From: Gemmatimonadota bacterium
GTDB lineage: Bacteria > Gemmatimonadota > Gemmatimonadetes > Gemmatimonadales > GWC2-71-9
NCBI GenBank assembly: GCA_039586365.1
Contig: JBDHKN010000067.1
Span: 1 to 25,662, forward strand
Length of the DNA stretch: 25,662 nucleotides
Reading direction: 5' to 3'
In this document: piece after piece, positions 8,581-16,966 of the stretch
Layout: every line of letters begins with the position of its first letter
Numbering within the stretch: the stretch's first letter is position 1
The notes under the pieces: model-generated
The model's database searches: none
What the model saw: the letters and a program-made list of their open reading frames with translations, nothing else
Told to the model about the DNA's origin: nothing
Program-made: the position numbers and the translations under genes

Positions 8581-9507
8581 TCAGTACACCTCCAGGTCAC
8601 GTCCTGAAACAACCCGACCGTCGTAGCCAGCGAGGATTTCTGTGAGAAGATCCTGGTCGGACTCACCCCAGTACAGTTGGTGGTACAACACGAGCAGTCC
8701 GGGCCTGGCACGCGACGCGAGTTCGGCCAGTTGGATAGAAGACGTGTGAGAGCCAGCGTGGTAGCGCTGCCAAACCGAGTCCCTTCCCTCGAAACCGGCC
8801 TGGGAGTAGACCTCGTGGACGAGGACGTCGCATCTCGAGCAGTTCAGCACGATCGACTCACTCGGGACCGCATCACCCGAAATCACTACGACCCTATCGG
8901 ATGATTCGAACTTGAAGCCGAACGAATGTTCCCACGCTCCATGCCCCACCGAGAACGCGGTGACTCGAACGTTATCGTCCTCATAGATCGGGCCCGGTCC
9001 AATCTCGTGCGTATTCACCCTGTAACCGTGCGGGTTGGCCGGTTCCAGACCGTCCAACCGAATTCGGATATCCTCCTCAAAGGCCGCGTGAATGTGCTCG
9101 ACCATCCGCGCTGTTCCCGAAGGTCCGTACAGCTCTAGCGGTTGATCTCGACCCAGGACCCAGGGAGTGAAGATCAAGTCCGGTAGACCTAGTGTGTGAT
9201 CGGTGTGTAGGTGAGTGATAAACAGATGTCGCAGGTTGGCGACGCGGAGAGGATCCACTCCATTGCTGTGCGCGGCAGCCGCGCGCCGGACAATGCCTGG
9301 TCCGGCATCCACCAGATAAGGCTTACCGTTCACGATGACGGCCACGGCCGGACCCGATCTATCGGGCTCCGCGTTCGGCGTGCCGGTCCCCAGCAGTACC
9401 ACGTGTGTTCCGATCGAATAGTCGACGGTTTGCTCATCCCCATCACACAGTGACACACCGCATCCAACCAATAGGGCTAGGATCACGAGGCTGGCGGGCC
9501 TAGTCAT
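8581..9507 (-). CDS. MBL-fold metallohydrolase, RNase Z/AtsA (arylsulfatase-like) subfamily; predicted lipoprotein
   Basis: LLGTGTP, VDAG, THLHTDH (HxHxDH), ISGD, DVLVHE, HTS, LVLYH. N-terminal LILALLVGC-type lipobox (LVGC). Confidence 0.85.
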   Translation of the reverse strand: MTRPASLVILALLVGCGVSLCDGDEQTVDYSIGTHVVLLGTGTPNAEPDRSGPAVAVIVNGKPYLVDAGPGIVRRAAAAHSNGVDPLRVANLRHLFITHLHTDHTLGLPDLIFTPWVLGRDQPLELYGPSGTARMVEHIHAAFEEDIRIRLDGLEPANPHGYRVNTHEIGPGPIYEDDNVRVTAFSVGHGAWEHSFGFKFESSDRVVVISGDAVPSESIVLNCSRCDVLVHEVYSQAGFEGRDSVWQRYHAGSHTSSIQLAELASRARPGLLVLYHQLYWGESDQDLLTEILAGYDGRVVSGRDLEVY

Positions 9508-10273
9508 TATCTCGCTTCCGGAAGAAGCTCTCTACCGCATGTTTGAAGTCGGGCGTGGAGCGCGCCACTGCGTTGACTCTAGCCCCCAGCGCTACTGCAT
9601 CCTCGAAGCTGCGTCCTTCGATCTCGTACAGCTGCCGCTTGATCAACGCCACGGCGGAAGCGCTGGATGCAGCGAGTTCCCGCAAAATCTCGCGCACTTG
9701 CTCATCGTAATCTCCAGCAGACAGCACACGCGATACGAGACCCGCGCTGAAAGCCTCCGAAGCGGACAATATGTGTCCAGTGCCAACCAGATCGAATGCA
9801 GCCTTTTCACCAACGGTCCGGCGCAACATCGCCAGCACCATCGCGGGTACGAAACCACGTTTCACCTCCGGATAGCCGAAGGCCGATTCCTCATGCGCCA
9901 ACACGAGGTCACAGGCACTCGCCAAGCCACAACCACCTGCAAACGCCCTTCCGGTCACTACTGCTACGACTGCCTTGGGGAGCTGACGCATCTTGATGAA
10001 GACATCCCCCAAGCGCTGAGCGCTCGCTGCATTGTCTGCGGCAGACTGCCCCACCGACTCGAGTAGTTCGGCCAGGTCCGCTCCGGCACAGAAGTCCTTC
10101 CCTGCACCCCGCAACGCGACCACCCTGACCTGTGCCTCCATTGCAGCTCGGTCCAGTTCCTCATGAAGCCGGTTTACCGTAGCGGAATCCAGCGCATTCC
10201 GCTTGTCTGGTCGGTTGAGCATGAGGGTCAATACGCCCTCTTCGAGGTCGGCCAGTACACGGTCACTCGACAT
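9500..10273 (-). CDS. Enoyl-CoA hydratase/crotonase family protein, methylglutaconyl-CoA hydratase (LiuC/AtuE)-like
   Basis: LNRPDKRNAL, FCAGADL, AFAGGCGL (first catalytic Glu absent), YPEVKRGFVPA (second Glu present). Start is ATG10273 (MSSDRV), overlapping the upstream gene. Confidence 0.88.
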   Translation of the reverse strand: MSSDRVLADLEEGVLTLMLNRPDKRNALDSATVNRLHEELDRAAMEAQVRVVALRGAGKDFCAGADLAELLESVGQSAADNAASAQRLGDVFIKMRQLPKAVVAVVTGRAFAGGCGLASACDLVLAHEESAFGYPEVKRGFVPAMVLAMLRRTVGEKAAFDLVGTGHILSASEAFSAGLVSRVLSAGDYDEQVREILRELAASSASAVALIKRQLYEIEGRSFEDAVALGARVNAVARSTPDFKHAVESFFRKRDND

Positions 10274-10667
10274 GAACGCCTCGCGGGACCCGTATTTCCA
10301 TGCGCAGTAGCGCAGTGGAGAACACTTTCCCTTGAGCATCGGTCTTCAGTGACAGCGTGCCACCCTTACCCAGCGCCCCGTGTAGCAGGAAATTCAATGC
10401 TCTGAGGTTGGGGAGTTCATAGCGCTCTACTGACCCTTTGATGACCCCTCGGAAATGTCTCGCCACTCGCTCAGCGGTAACCTCCCTTTCCAGGATCGGG
10501 TAGTACTCGGGCTTGAGCGCGATCAGGCCGACGTTCGCCGTGTCTCCCTTGTCACCACTTCGGGCGTGTGCGATTTCGCGCAGCTGCACCTTCCGTCGGG
10601 AGGCACGGCCTCTTCTCTTCGTGGCACCCTTGTTCGATTTCTTACGCCCTCTAACAGCGAAGCTCAT
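10263..10667 (-). CDS. AtuA-related small protein (stand-alone AtuA C-terminal domain)
   Basis: LREIAHARSGDKGDTANVGLIA...VERYELPNLRALNFLL...GGTLSLKTDAQGK. Start uncertain (ATG10667, GTG10589 or 10709). Confidence 0.85.
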   Translation of the reverse strand: MSFAVRGRKKSNKGATKRRGRASRRKVQLREIAHARSGDKGDTANVGLIALKPEYYPILEREVTAERVARHFRGVIKGSVERYELPNLRALNFLLHGALGKGGTLSLKTDAQGKVFSTALLRMEIRVPRGVHVE

Positions 10668-10718
10668 GGCAGCACACTTCCGCGACTGACGTTGTCTGGC
10701 AAGCCACACTTCTGTCGG

Positions 10719-12086
10719 CTAGGCCTTCATCATCTGAACTCTTGCCTGAACCTCCCGCTTCGGGATCAGCGCCGGCCAATAGGCAACTATCTCCTCGACC
10801 TTTGGCCTACCCCCAGCGAAGCCGGTAACGCTGGGCGGCCCGTTCAGTATCAGCGGAGCAATCTCGCGCGTGAACCTCTCAACCGGTCGTCGCTCCTTGG
10901 CACGCACCCCGACTCGCAGCTGCACCTCTGGAATGTCCGGGTTCGGTGGCCCAGCGAGCCGACCGTGCGTGGCATCCACACCGACCAACTCCGTGAGGAG
11001 TTGGTCGAATTTCAGATCCAAACGACGCAAGCGTTCGCGGAGAATTTTGTCCGCCTTTTTCGCTTTCTTGAGGGCATCGGGCCAGGCGTACACCAACGTC
11101 CCGATCGCTTTGTATCCCCACGAGTGCGCGATTGAAACTTTGAGGAAGTCGGTGGGAGGCCCGCCGGTAACGCTGCTCACGCTCACGCGATCCTTACCTG
11201 ATTGCCGCAACCTTATGCTGGTGAAGTCTGCAACGCAATCTGGTGTAATGTAGCTGGTGGGATCGCCCATCTCGTACAGCAGTTGCTCCGTAACGCTGGC
11301 CACACTGACCCGTCCACCGGTACCGGGGTGCTTGGTCACCACGAAGCCTCCGTGCGCCGATGCTTCGATGATCGGGTATCCGGGGTCCGCCAAGTTGGGA
11401 ATCCGTTCCCAATCGACCATGCAATTGCCACCGGAGCACTGGGCACCGCACTCTATGATGTGCCCCGCTACAGTTCCGGCAGCCAATTTGGACCAGTCAC
11501 TCCAATCCCAGCCAAAATGGTGAATCATCGGAGCCAGTGTGAGGGCCGTATCGGTCACCCTCCCAGTGATCACGATGTCCGCCCCACGATTCAAGGCTTC
11601 CACGATGGGCCTGGCACCAACGTAGGCATTCGCACTCTGGACCGACTCGCGGACGGTGGTGAGCGGTTCACCGGTGTCCAAGTTGGCGAACTCATGGCCG
11701 GCTGCAAGCAACTCGTCGAGCCGATCCATCATGTCGTCGCCGTTGACCACGGCAATACACAACTTGCCAGCCAGCCCCTCCTCCCGCGCACAATCGATTA
11801 CCGCATCAGCACAAGCCAACGGATTCACCCCACCTGCGTTCGCGGTAACGCGGACACGCCGCTGGACGAGTTCGGGCATGAGGTCGTGCATGAGCGGAAC
11901 GAAATCCTTCGCGTAGCCAAGAGCGGGATCGCGTGAGCGCTGTTTCTGCATGATGGACATCGTGACCTCCGCGAGGTAGTCCATCATTAGGTAGTCTATT
12001 GGCCCACCCTCCAACTGGCGCCGCGGCGCATCGAGCCAATCTCCCCAGAACCCCTGGCCTGCAGCAATTCGAATAGCGTCAGTCAC
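10719..12086 (-). CDS. atuA: Acyclic terpene utilization AtuA family protein (DUF1446)
   Basis: IRIAAGQGFWGD, DYLAEVTMS, NAGGVNP, ANAYVGA, ADIVITGRVTD, AGHIIECGAQCSGGN, EQLLYE, YITPD. Confidence 0.92.
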   Translation of the reverse strand: MTDAIRIAAGQGFWGDWLDAPRRQLEGGPIDYLMMDYLAEVTMSIMQKQRSRDPALGYAKDFVPLMHDLMPELVQRRVRVTANAGGVNPLACADAVIDCAREEGLAGKLCIAVVNGDDMMDRLDELLAAGHEFANLDTGEPLTTVRESVQSANAYVGARPIVEALNRGADIVITGRVTDTALTLAPMIHHFGWDWSDWSKLAAGTVAGHIIECGAQCSGGNCMVDWERIPNLADPGYPIIEASAHGGFVVTKHPGTGGRVSVASVTEQLLYEMGDPTSYITPDCVADFTSIRLRQSGKDRVSVSSVTGGPPTDFLKVSIAHSWGYKAIGTLVYAWPDALKKAKKADKILRERLRRLDLKFDQLLTELVGVDATHGRLAGPPNPDIPEVQLRVGVRAKERRPVERFTREIAPLILNGPPSVTGFAGGRPKVEEIVAYWPALIPKREVQARVQMMKA

Positions 12087-12096
12087 ATTGAAGGTC

Positions 12097-15003
12097 CTAG
12101 CTGTGGCCCATTAATGGAAGAACCGTGTTCTCCTTTCGGACGACGCCACGTCGCAGTGCCCTGGGTCCGGACTCGGGCCGGGCCGTAACCTCGACCAGAA
12201 CTTCGAATCCACTTGGCACACTGAATTCGACCGGTACCGGAGAAAATCGGAACGTCTCGTCATCGCCCCACCCGATCCGTCGTTCTGCACCGCTTGAGTC
12301 AGTCGCCGTCGCTAGCTCCAACGACTCTCCCAACATGAAACTGACTCTCAGATCGCCGGCCCAACTCGTTGCTGGATCGGCGTGAGCGTAGGCTGGGAAG
12401 AGCTCGACTAGGAGATCCCCGTCATAGCCAAGCGAATCCAACCCGATCGATTGTCGTGCGAAGGCGTAGTCTATAGGCCCGTCAGCGAGTTTGGCCCCGG
12501 TCGAGTCGAAGACGGTGACACCAAAATCGGTGACCAGGTTCCAATATGCCTTGGGCACCGATACATCCAATACCAGTCGTTCGGCCCAGTCGGGTTGTGT
12601 CACCCGGATGATATGAGGATCTGATCCACTCCCACCGACACGCTGTACCATCGTGGCTCCAACTACGGCTGCTGACACTGTGGCAGTCGTCGCGGCACCA
12701 GTGTTCCTTACGGTAGCAGCGGGTCCATCCCCGACGCTGGTCACGTAGAGTTGCGGCAAAGCTGCGGCGAGCCTGTACGACACGCCATCAGCTGGTGGAG
12801 CAGTAACCACGGCCTCATATACTCCTGGGATCAGATCCTCAGCTGATACACTCAGGTTCACCGTCGCAGGTTCATCACCTCCAGCCGACACGTTGCTTCG
12901 GTCGCGGTTCGGTTGGCCGCTTGGCTCGAAGAGGTGTAAGGTCGTTCCATTGGTGGGGGCTGTGACGAACAACCTGACCTCGAGACCGCCCACGCCCTCC
13001 GGAACAGTGAAGAAGTATCGGTCAGTGCCACCGGCCGACAGCTCGCTCTCCGTCTCAAACGGCGTCGCAAGTGAACGCGGCACCACAACCGTGTTTACGA
13101 GACCGAAAGACGGACCGGCCATCGTGTCGGTGGCTGGTACAGCCCACACCGTCCCAACGTAGACACCCGGCTGAGAGAACGTTGCGGCATCGTATGTGAG
13201 CGTAATCGTATCTGGCTCGCCAGCCGGCTCCAAGATTGGCGGAGCGCGCAGCCAATCGGTATCGGAATGCAGTACGAAACGGGCGGCGGGTTGCCCGCCG
13301 ACCGAGTTGACCACGAACCGCTGTATGGTGTCAGCGGAGGACGCGAGGCCAAGTCTCCGGTAGGCGCCGGTGAAGGTCGATTGCGACCCGTCATCGGAGA
13401 GCGCACGAACTGAGTAGACTCCCGCCTGATGCGAAGCCATCAACCAGCGATAAGCGGCCTCGACGTTGGGCACTCCGGCCCCTACATCGAGTACAGTCGC
13501 ACCCGCCGGTCGCCCAGCAGTGTTCATCAATGCGCGGGTGAGATCGACTGAACGCGCTCGCCGACCTCTCTCAGCCAGCGCCGACTGCAGCAGCGCGGCG
13601 GCGCCTGCAACTTGCGGGGCGGCAAAGCTAGTTCCGGGTTGGATCTCTTCACCAGTATTCCACCGTGGCACGTTGGAGAAAGCGATACCTGGAGCACAGA
13701 CGTCCGGTTTTGTCACTTCACCACCACGGGCGCTCCACCACGCAATCACGTCGGGCGCCAACTCCTCACCCGGCCGTGGTAGCTTTGCGTACACCCCCGG
13801 GAGCAGCGCGCAAACCGACAGGGCACGCTCGGAAGAGCCCGGAAAGCCCGCAGTCGACAAGCCCGGTCCGTCGTTCCCGGCTGAGATCACGTAGAGGACC
13901 TCTGGATGCTTGAGTGCAAACTCATCCACCAGCGAATCGATCGCAGCAGCCCCTTCATACTCGTTGCCAACACCAAAACTCAGGTTGAGCACCAGAGGCA
14001 AACTGCGTTGCTGGGCGTAATCCGCGGCATAGTTCATTGCCCGTAGGATACTTCCCGTCACAGTGATGCCGCCGCGCGCGTTGTTGGCGATCTTGAGCCC
14101 GAGAATCTGGGCGCCGGGTGCGACTCCGTCGAAGCCGGCCACATCAAACATGTTGTGGCCCGCAGCAATCCCAGCCACGTGCGTCCCGTGGCTCGAATTG
14201 TCAAAATAGAGATCGAGGACCGGCCTCCTTCTCTCTTCGGTGAGATTGACGGCAAGGGTCATGGGCCCGGTCACCGCTGAGCCCGGCCCACTTCGGAAGA
14301 CAAACGTCTCGCGGCCGACGGCGTAGTCCCTAACCGGATTCTCATTCGCAAACGAGGCATCGCCGTCGCTGTCTGTAACCACGAACCAGCCACTGCTCGA
14401 CTTGGCCACTACCAGGGGGAAGGTATCGGTGTTTGTGCCGTTCCCGTTCACGTCCGCTGCGCGTCCTCTACCCAATGGCAGTTCCCTGAACACGCCGACG
14501 TAGTACGGACCGCGCGACAACCTGGCAACGCGTCCGAAACCGCTCAGCAAACGGCCCCCGATAGCCAGCGTATCCGATGACGGCTGACTGATTTGCTCCA
14601 GGGGAACACGACCTTCGCCGGAGAAATCTCTCAAGTCGAGGATCTTGGCCTGGCCAATGCTGGTCTCGGCAAGTCCGGGCACTCCGGCGTCCACACCACT
14701 GTCGAGGATTCCAATAACAACACCACGTCCGTCATATGTTGGGTGGTTCAAGCGAAATGTGTCCACCCCCAAGCTGCTGAGCGGCAATAGCCCAGCCAGC
14801 ATAGCGCTGCGAGGCGGGAGGATAGGCTCTTTGACGGGTATTGCGGTGGCGGACGGGGCTACAGGCAGGATTGGCACCATCTCATTGGATGGTTCCACCG
14901 CCGGTGATACATCGCTACCCAAGGACCTGCCTACGCATGCCGCCCCCACGATCACTGCGGTGACAACTGCGGCCCACTTCGGTTTCTGAATGGCGCGACT
15001 CAT
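12097..15003 (-). CDS. S8 subtilase, tripeptidyl-peptidase II-like; predicted lipoprotein
   Basis: Triad D101 (ILDSGVD), H272 (HGTHVAGIAAG), S459 (GTSFAAP); oxyanion N377 (SAGNDGP). HPTYDGRGVVIGILDSG resembles the TPP II N-terminus. Lipobox-like GAAC at C23. Confidence 0.9.
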   Translation of the reverse strand: MSRAIQKPKWAAVVTAVIVGAACVGRSLGSDVSPAVEPSNEMVPILPVAPSATAIPVKEPILPPRSAMLAGLLPLSSLGVDTFRLNHPTYDGRGVVIGILDSGVDAGVPGLAETSIGQAKILDLRDFSGEGRVPLEQISQPSSDTLAIGGRLLSGFGRVARLSRGPYYVGVFRELPLGRGRAADVNGNGTNTDTFPLVVAKSSSGWFVVTDSDGDASFANENPVRDYAVGRETFVFRSGPGSAVTGPMTLAVNLTEERRRPVLDLYFDNSSHGTHVAGIAAGHNMFDVAGFDGVAPGAQILGLKIANNARGGITVTGSILRAMNYAADYAQQRSLPLVLNLSFGVGNEYEGAAAIDSLVDEFALKHPEVLYVISAGNDGPGLSTAGFPGSSERALSVCALLPGVYAKLPRPGEELAPDVIAWWSARGGEVTKPDVCAPGIAFSNVPRWNTGEEIQPGTSFAAPQVAGAAALLQSALAERGRRARSVDLTRALMNTAGRPAGATVLDVGAGVPNVEAAYRWLMASHQAGVYSVRALSDDGSQSTFTGAYRRLGLASSADTIQRFVVNSVGGQPAARFVLHSDTDWLRAPPILEPAGEPDTITLTYDAATFSQPGVYVGTVWAVPATDTMAGPSFGLVNTVVVPRSLATPFETESELSAGGTDRYFFTVPEGVGGLEVRLFVTAPTNGTTLHLFEPSGQPNRDRSNVSAGGDEPATVNLSVSAEDLIPGVYEAVVTAPPADGVSYRLAAALPQLYVTSVGDGPAATVRNTGAATTATVSAAVVGATMVQRVGGSGSDPHIIRVTQPDWAERLVLDVSVPKAYWNLVTDFGVTVFDSTGAKLADGPIDYAFARQSIGLDSLGYDGDLLVELFPAYAHADPATSWAGDLRVSFMLGESLELATATDSSGAERRIGWGDDETFRFSPVPVEFSVPSGFEVLVEVTARPESGPRALRRGVVRKENTVLPLMGHS

Positions 15004-15099
15004 GTCGATAGGGTTAAGTCCAACAGGGGAAGGACAAGCAGTCCGATGCGCGGCCCGCCGTAGTTATTGGTCACACGCAGTGCAAAGGACACGATTGCC

Positions 15100-15130
15100 C
15101 TTGTATCCTCAGGTGTCAGGATCATGTCAA
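15100..15130 (-). promoter_or_regulatory. Possible sigma70-type promoter for the peptidase-atuA unit
   Basis: Minus-strand TTGACA (15130-15125), 19-nt spacer, TACAAG (15105-15100). An ATCCT-N8-AGGAT inverted repeat overlaps the spacer. The -10 box and spacing are suboptimal. Confidence 0.25.
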
Positions 15131-15246
15131 CGTGACCCATGGCCCCAGCGTGTATCGCATGTACGATCCCACCGGTGCGGGGCAGTTCTCCGGATGTGCC
15201 CTTGATCAGACCGCGGCGGTTCGCGATGGCGGCGACTGGATACCCG

Positions 15247-15687
15247 TCACGCTGGCTTGCTCTCGAACCACTCTGTTATGTAATCGACAATATCCTGCGT
15301 TGACGTGCCTGGCCCGAACAACCTCGCTATTCCTTCAGTCTCGAGCCTCGCGATGTCATCCTGCGGAATGATGCCGCCCCCGATCACCAAGACGTCGTCC
15401 CGTCCTTGCTCGCGGAGCAACTGCTTGATCCGAGGGAACAGTGTTAGGTGAGCGCCAGAGAGGATTGATAGACCGACCACGTCCACATCCTCCTGCACCG
15501 CCGCAGTGACTATCATCTCCGGGGTCTGGTGCAGTCCAGTATAAACCACTTCCATTCCCGCATCCCGTAAACCTGCGGCGACGACTTTTGCACCCCGATC
15601 GTGACCGTCAAGCCCCGGCTTGCCGACCAGGACTCGAATTGGTCTTGAGCTCAGACTGGGCACGCTTTCCCCTCGGTCCCTCACCAT
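15247..15687 (-). CDS. icmB: Cobalamin-binding small subunit of acyl-CoA mutase (IcmB-like)
   Basis: [14 protein letters not shown] (DxHxxG B12 motif), [15 protein letters not shown]. Confidence 0.9.
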   Translation of the reverse strand: MVRDRGESVPSLSSRPIRVLVGKPGLDGHDRGAKVVAAGLRDAGMEVVYTGLHQTPEMIVTAAVQEDVDVVGLSILSGAHLTLFPRIKQLLREQGRDDVLVIGGGIIPQDDIARLETEGIARLFGPGTSTQDIVDYITEWFESKPA

Positions 15688-15728
15688 GGTGTCGGGAAGC
15701 TAGCCATCTGCATCACCTCAGACAACCG

Positions 15729-16937
15729 CTACGCCGATGACGCGGGGAACCGCAACAAGGCGGCGAGGCCCTCCACACTAGACTGAGCGTCCTGATCCTC
15801 TATCACATCGACATGGCCGCCCTGGCGCAGAGTTTCCTCAATGGCTTCATCGACCACGTCGGGCAGACTGCCGGCGGGACCTTCCTGCTCGCACTCGTCA
15901 GCTCTCGTAGTCAGCCGGCCGCTCGACTGACAACGGAATCCCTCCAGGGTTACGGTAGGATCTACGAGCAGCGTGCGGACTTGTCCCTTGGAGAGAGCAA
16001 GGAGTGTGGTTTCTATTCCATTCACAGCCCAACCCGTACCCAAACCCTCCTTCAACTCACGAATGTGTTCGGTCTCCCAACTTCGCTCTGACTGTTGCCT
16101 CACTGCCAGTACCTGATCCATTACCTCCGCTGCAGTGGCGGTCTTGGGATTGATCTTCGCAGTTCCAAGTATCCCCTTCCGAAGGTACGGATGCAGATGC
16201 GGCATCACAGCGTTCGCCACCGCACCACTCCCCGCGAGTACGATTCCTCGCATGTTCTCGACCCGATATAGTTCGAACAGGCGGTCAGCGATGTCAGCGA
16301 AGTGGCGTTCCTTCTCTGCCTCTATCCTGCGGTGGTAGTTGTGCTCACCGGCACTACCGGTATTAGATCCGGACCCCGGAACCGAACGTGGTCCGTGGAA
16401 TCTCCCAGCTCTCGTCGTCTCTCCGGGAATGCGTCCAGACAGTTCCTCAATGCCAAAGGCAGTAACTCGGAAGAACCGGGCACTAGTGCGGTCGTATGCA
16501 GCGCAAAACACCAATCCAAACTCATCGTGCAAGGCTGCCAGTTCGCGCACGAGGGGTGATCTGTCAATCACCAATCTCGATCGGAACACCGCGGGAAGTG
16601 GGATAACCTCAAACAAATTGAGAGGTTCACAAGCAAACAGTGCGATCCCCCTCCCTGTCGACAAGTTCACGGGATCCTCCAGGTAGTCCCGGATCCGTTC
16701 CAGATCTCGCGCTACGACCTCACGTTCGGCGCGCGAAACGTCCTGTTGCTCCAACCATGCCATACGCCCCTTAATCCGGTTCTTCAGTTTGATCAGGTAC
16801 TTCCCCCGGGACCTATCGCGCGGCTCGAGCTTCAGATAACACGAAACAACCCAGTGTTCCGTCGTTCCCACATTCGCAAAGCGTTCCATCACCGATCCAA
16901 GAGTGGGGGGACGTGACCGTTCCGCAGTTGCTGTCAT
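15729..16937 (-). CDS. Bacterial archaeo-eukaryotic release factor 1-like protein (baeRF, probably family 10)
   Basis: Three-part eRF1/pelota-like layout. N domain: VVSCYL...DLERIRDYL...GIALFAC...PLVREL. Central RNase H-like domain: DRTSARFF...RHF...IVLAG. C-terminal L7Ae-like domain: AVNGIETTLLALSKGQVRTLLV...DVVDEAIEETLRQGGHV...GLAALLRF. Confidence 0.8.
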   Translation of the reverse strand: MTATAERSRPPTLGSVMERFANVGTTEHWVVSCYLKLEPRDRSRGKYLIKLKNRIKGRMAWLEQQDVSRAEREVVARDLERIRDYLEDPVNLSTGRGIALFACEPLNLFEVIPLPAVFRSRLVIDRSPLVRELAALHDEFGLVFCAAYDRTSARFFRVTAFGIEELSGRIPGETTRAGRFHGPRSVPGSGSNTGSAGEHNYHRRIEAEKERHFADIADRLFELYRVENMRGIVLAGSGAVANAVMPHLHPYLRKGILGTAKINPKTATAAEVMDQVLAVRQQSERSWETEHIRELKEGLGTGWAVNGIETTLLALSKGQVRTLLVDPTVTLEGFRCQSSGRLTTRADECEQEGPAGSLPDVVDEAIEETLRQGGHVDVIEDQDAQSSVEGLAALLRFPASSA

Positions 16938-16966
16938 ACCTGACTCTCCAGTGTCAGACCATTGGT

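Noticed and set aside
8581..9507. Beta-lactamase or housekeeping rnz
   Set aside because: The motif set is RNase Z/AtsA-type rather than class B beta-lactamase, and the lipoprotein signal argues against tRNA processing.
10263..12086. AtuA split as a possible pseudogene
   Set aside because: Both parts are intact with clean ends and separate starts. The two-gene form is a natural arrangement.
15729..16937. Canonical peptide chain release factor (prfA/prfB)
   Set aside because: No GGQ, PxT or SPF motifs. The layout is eRF1/pelota-like.
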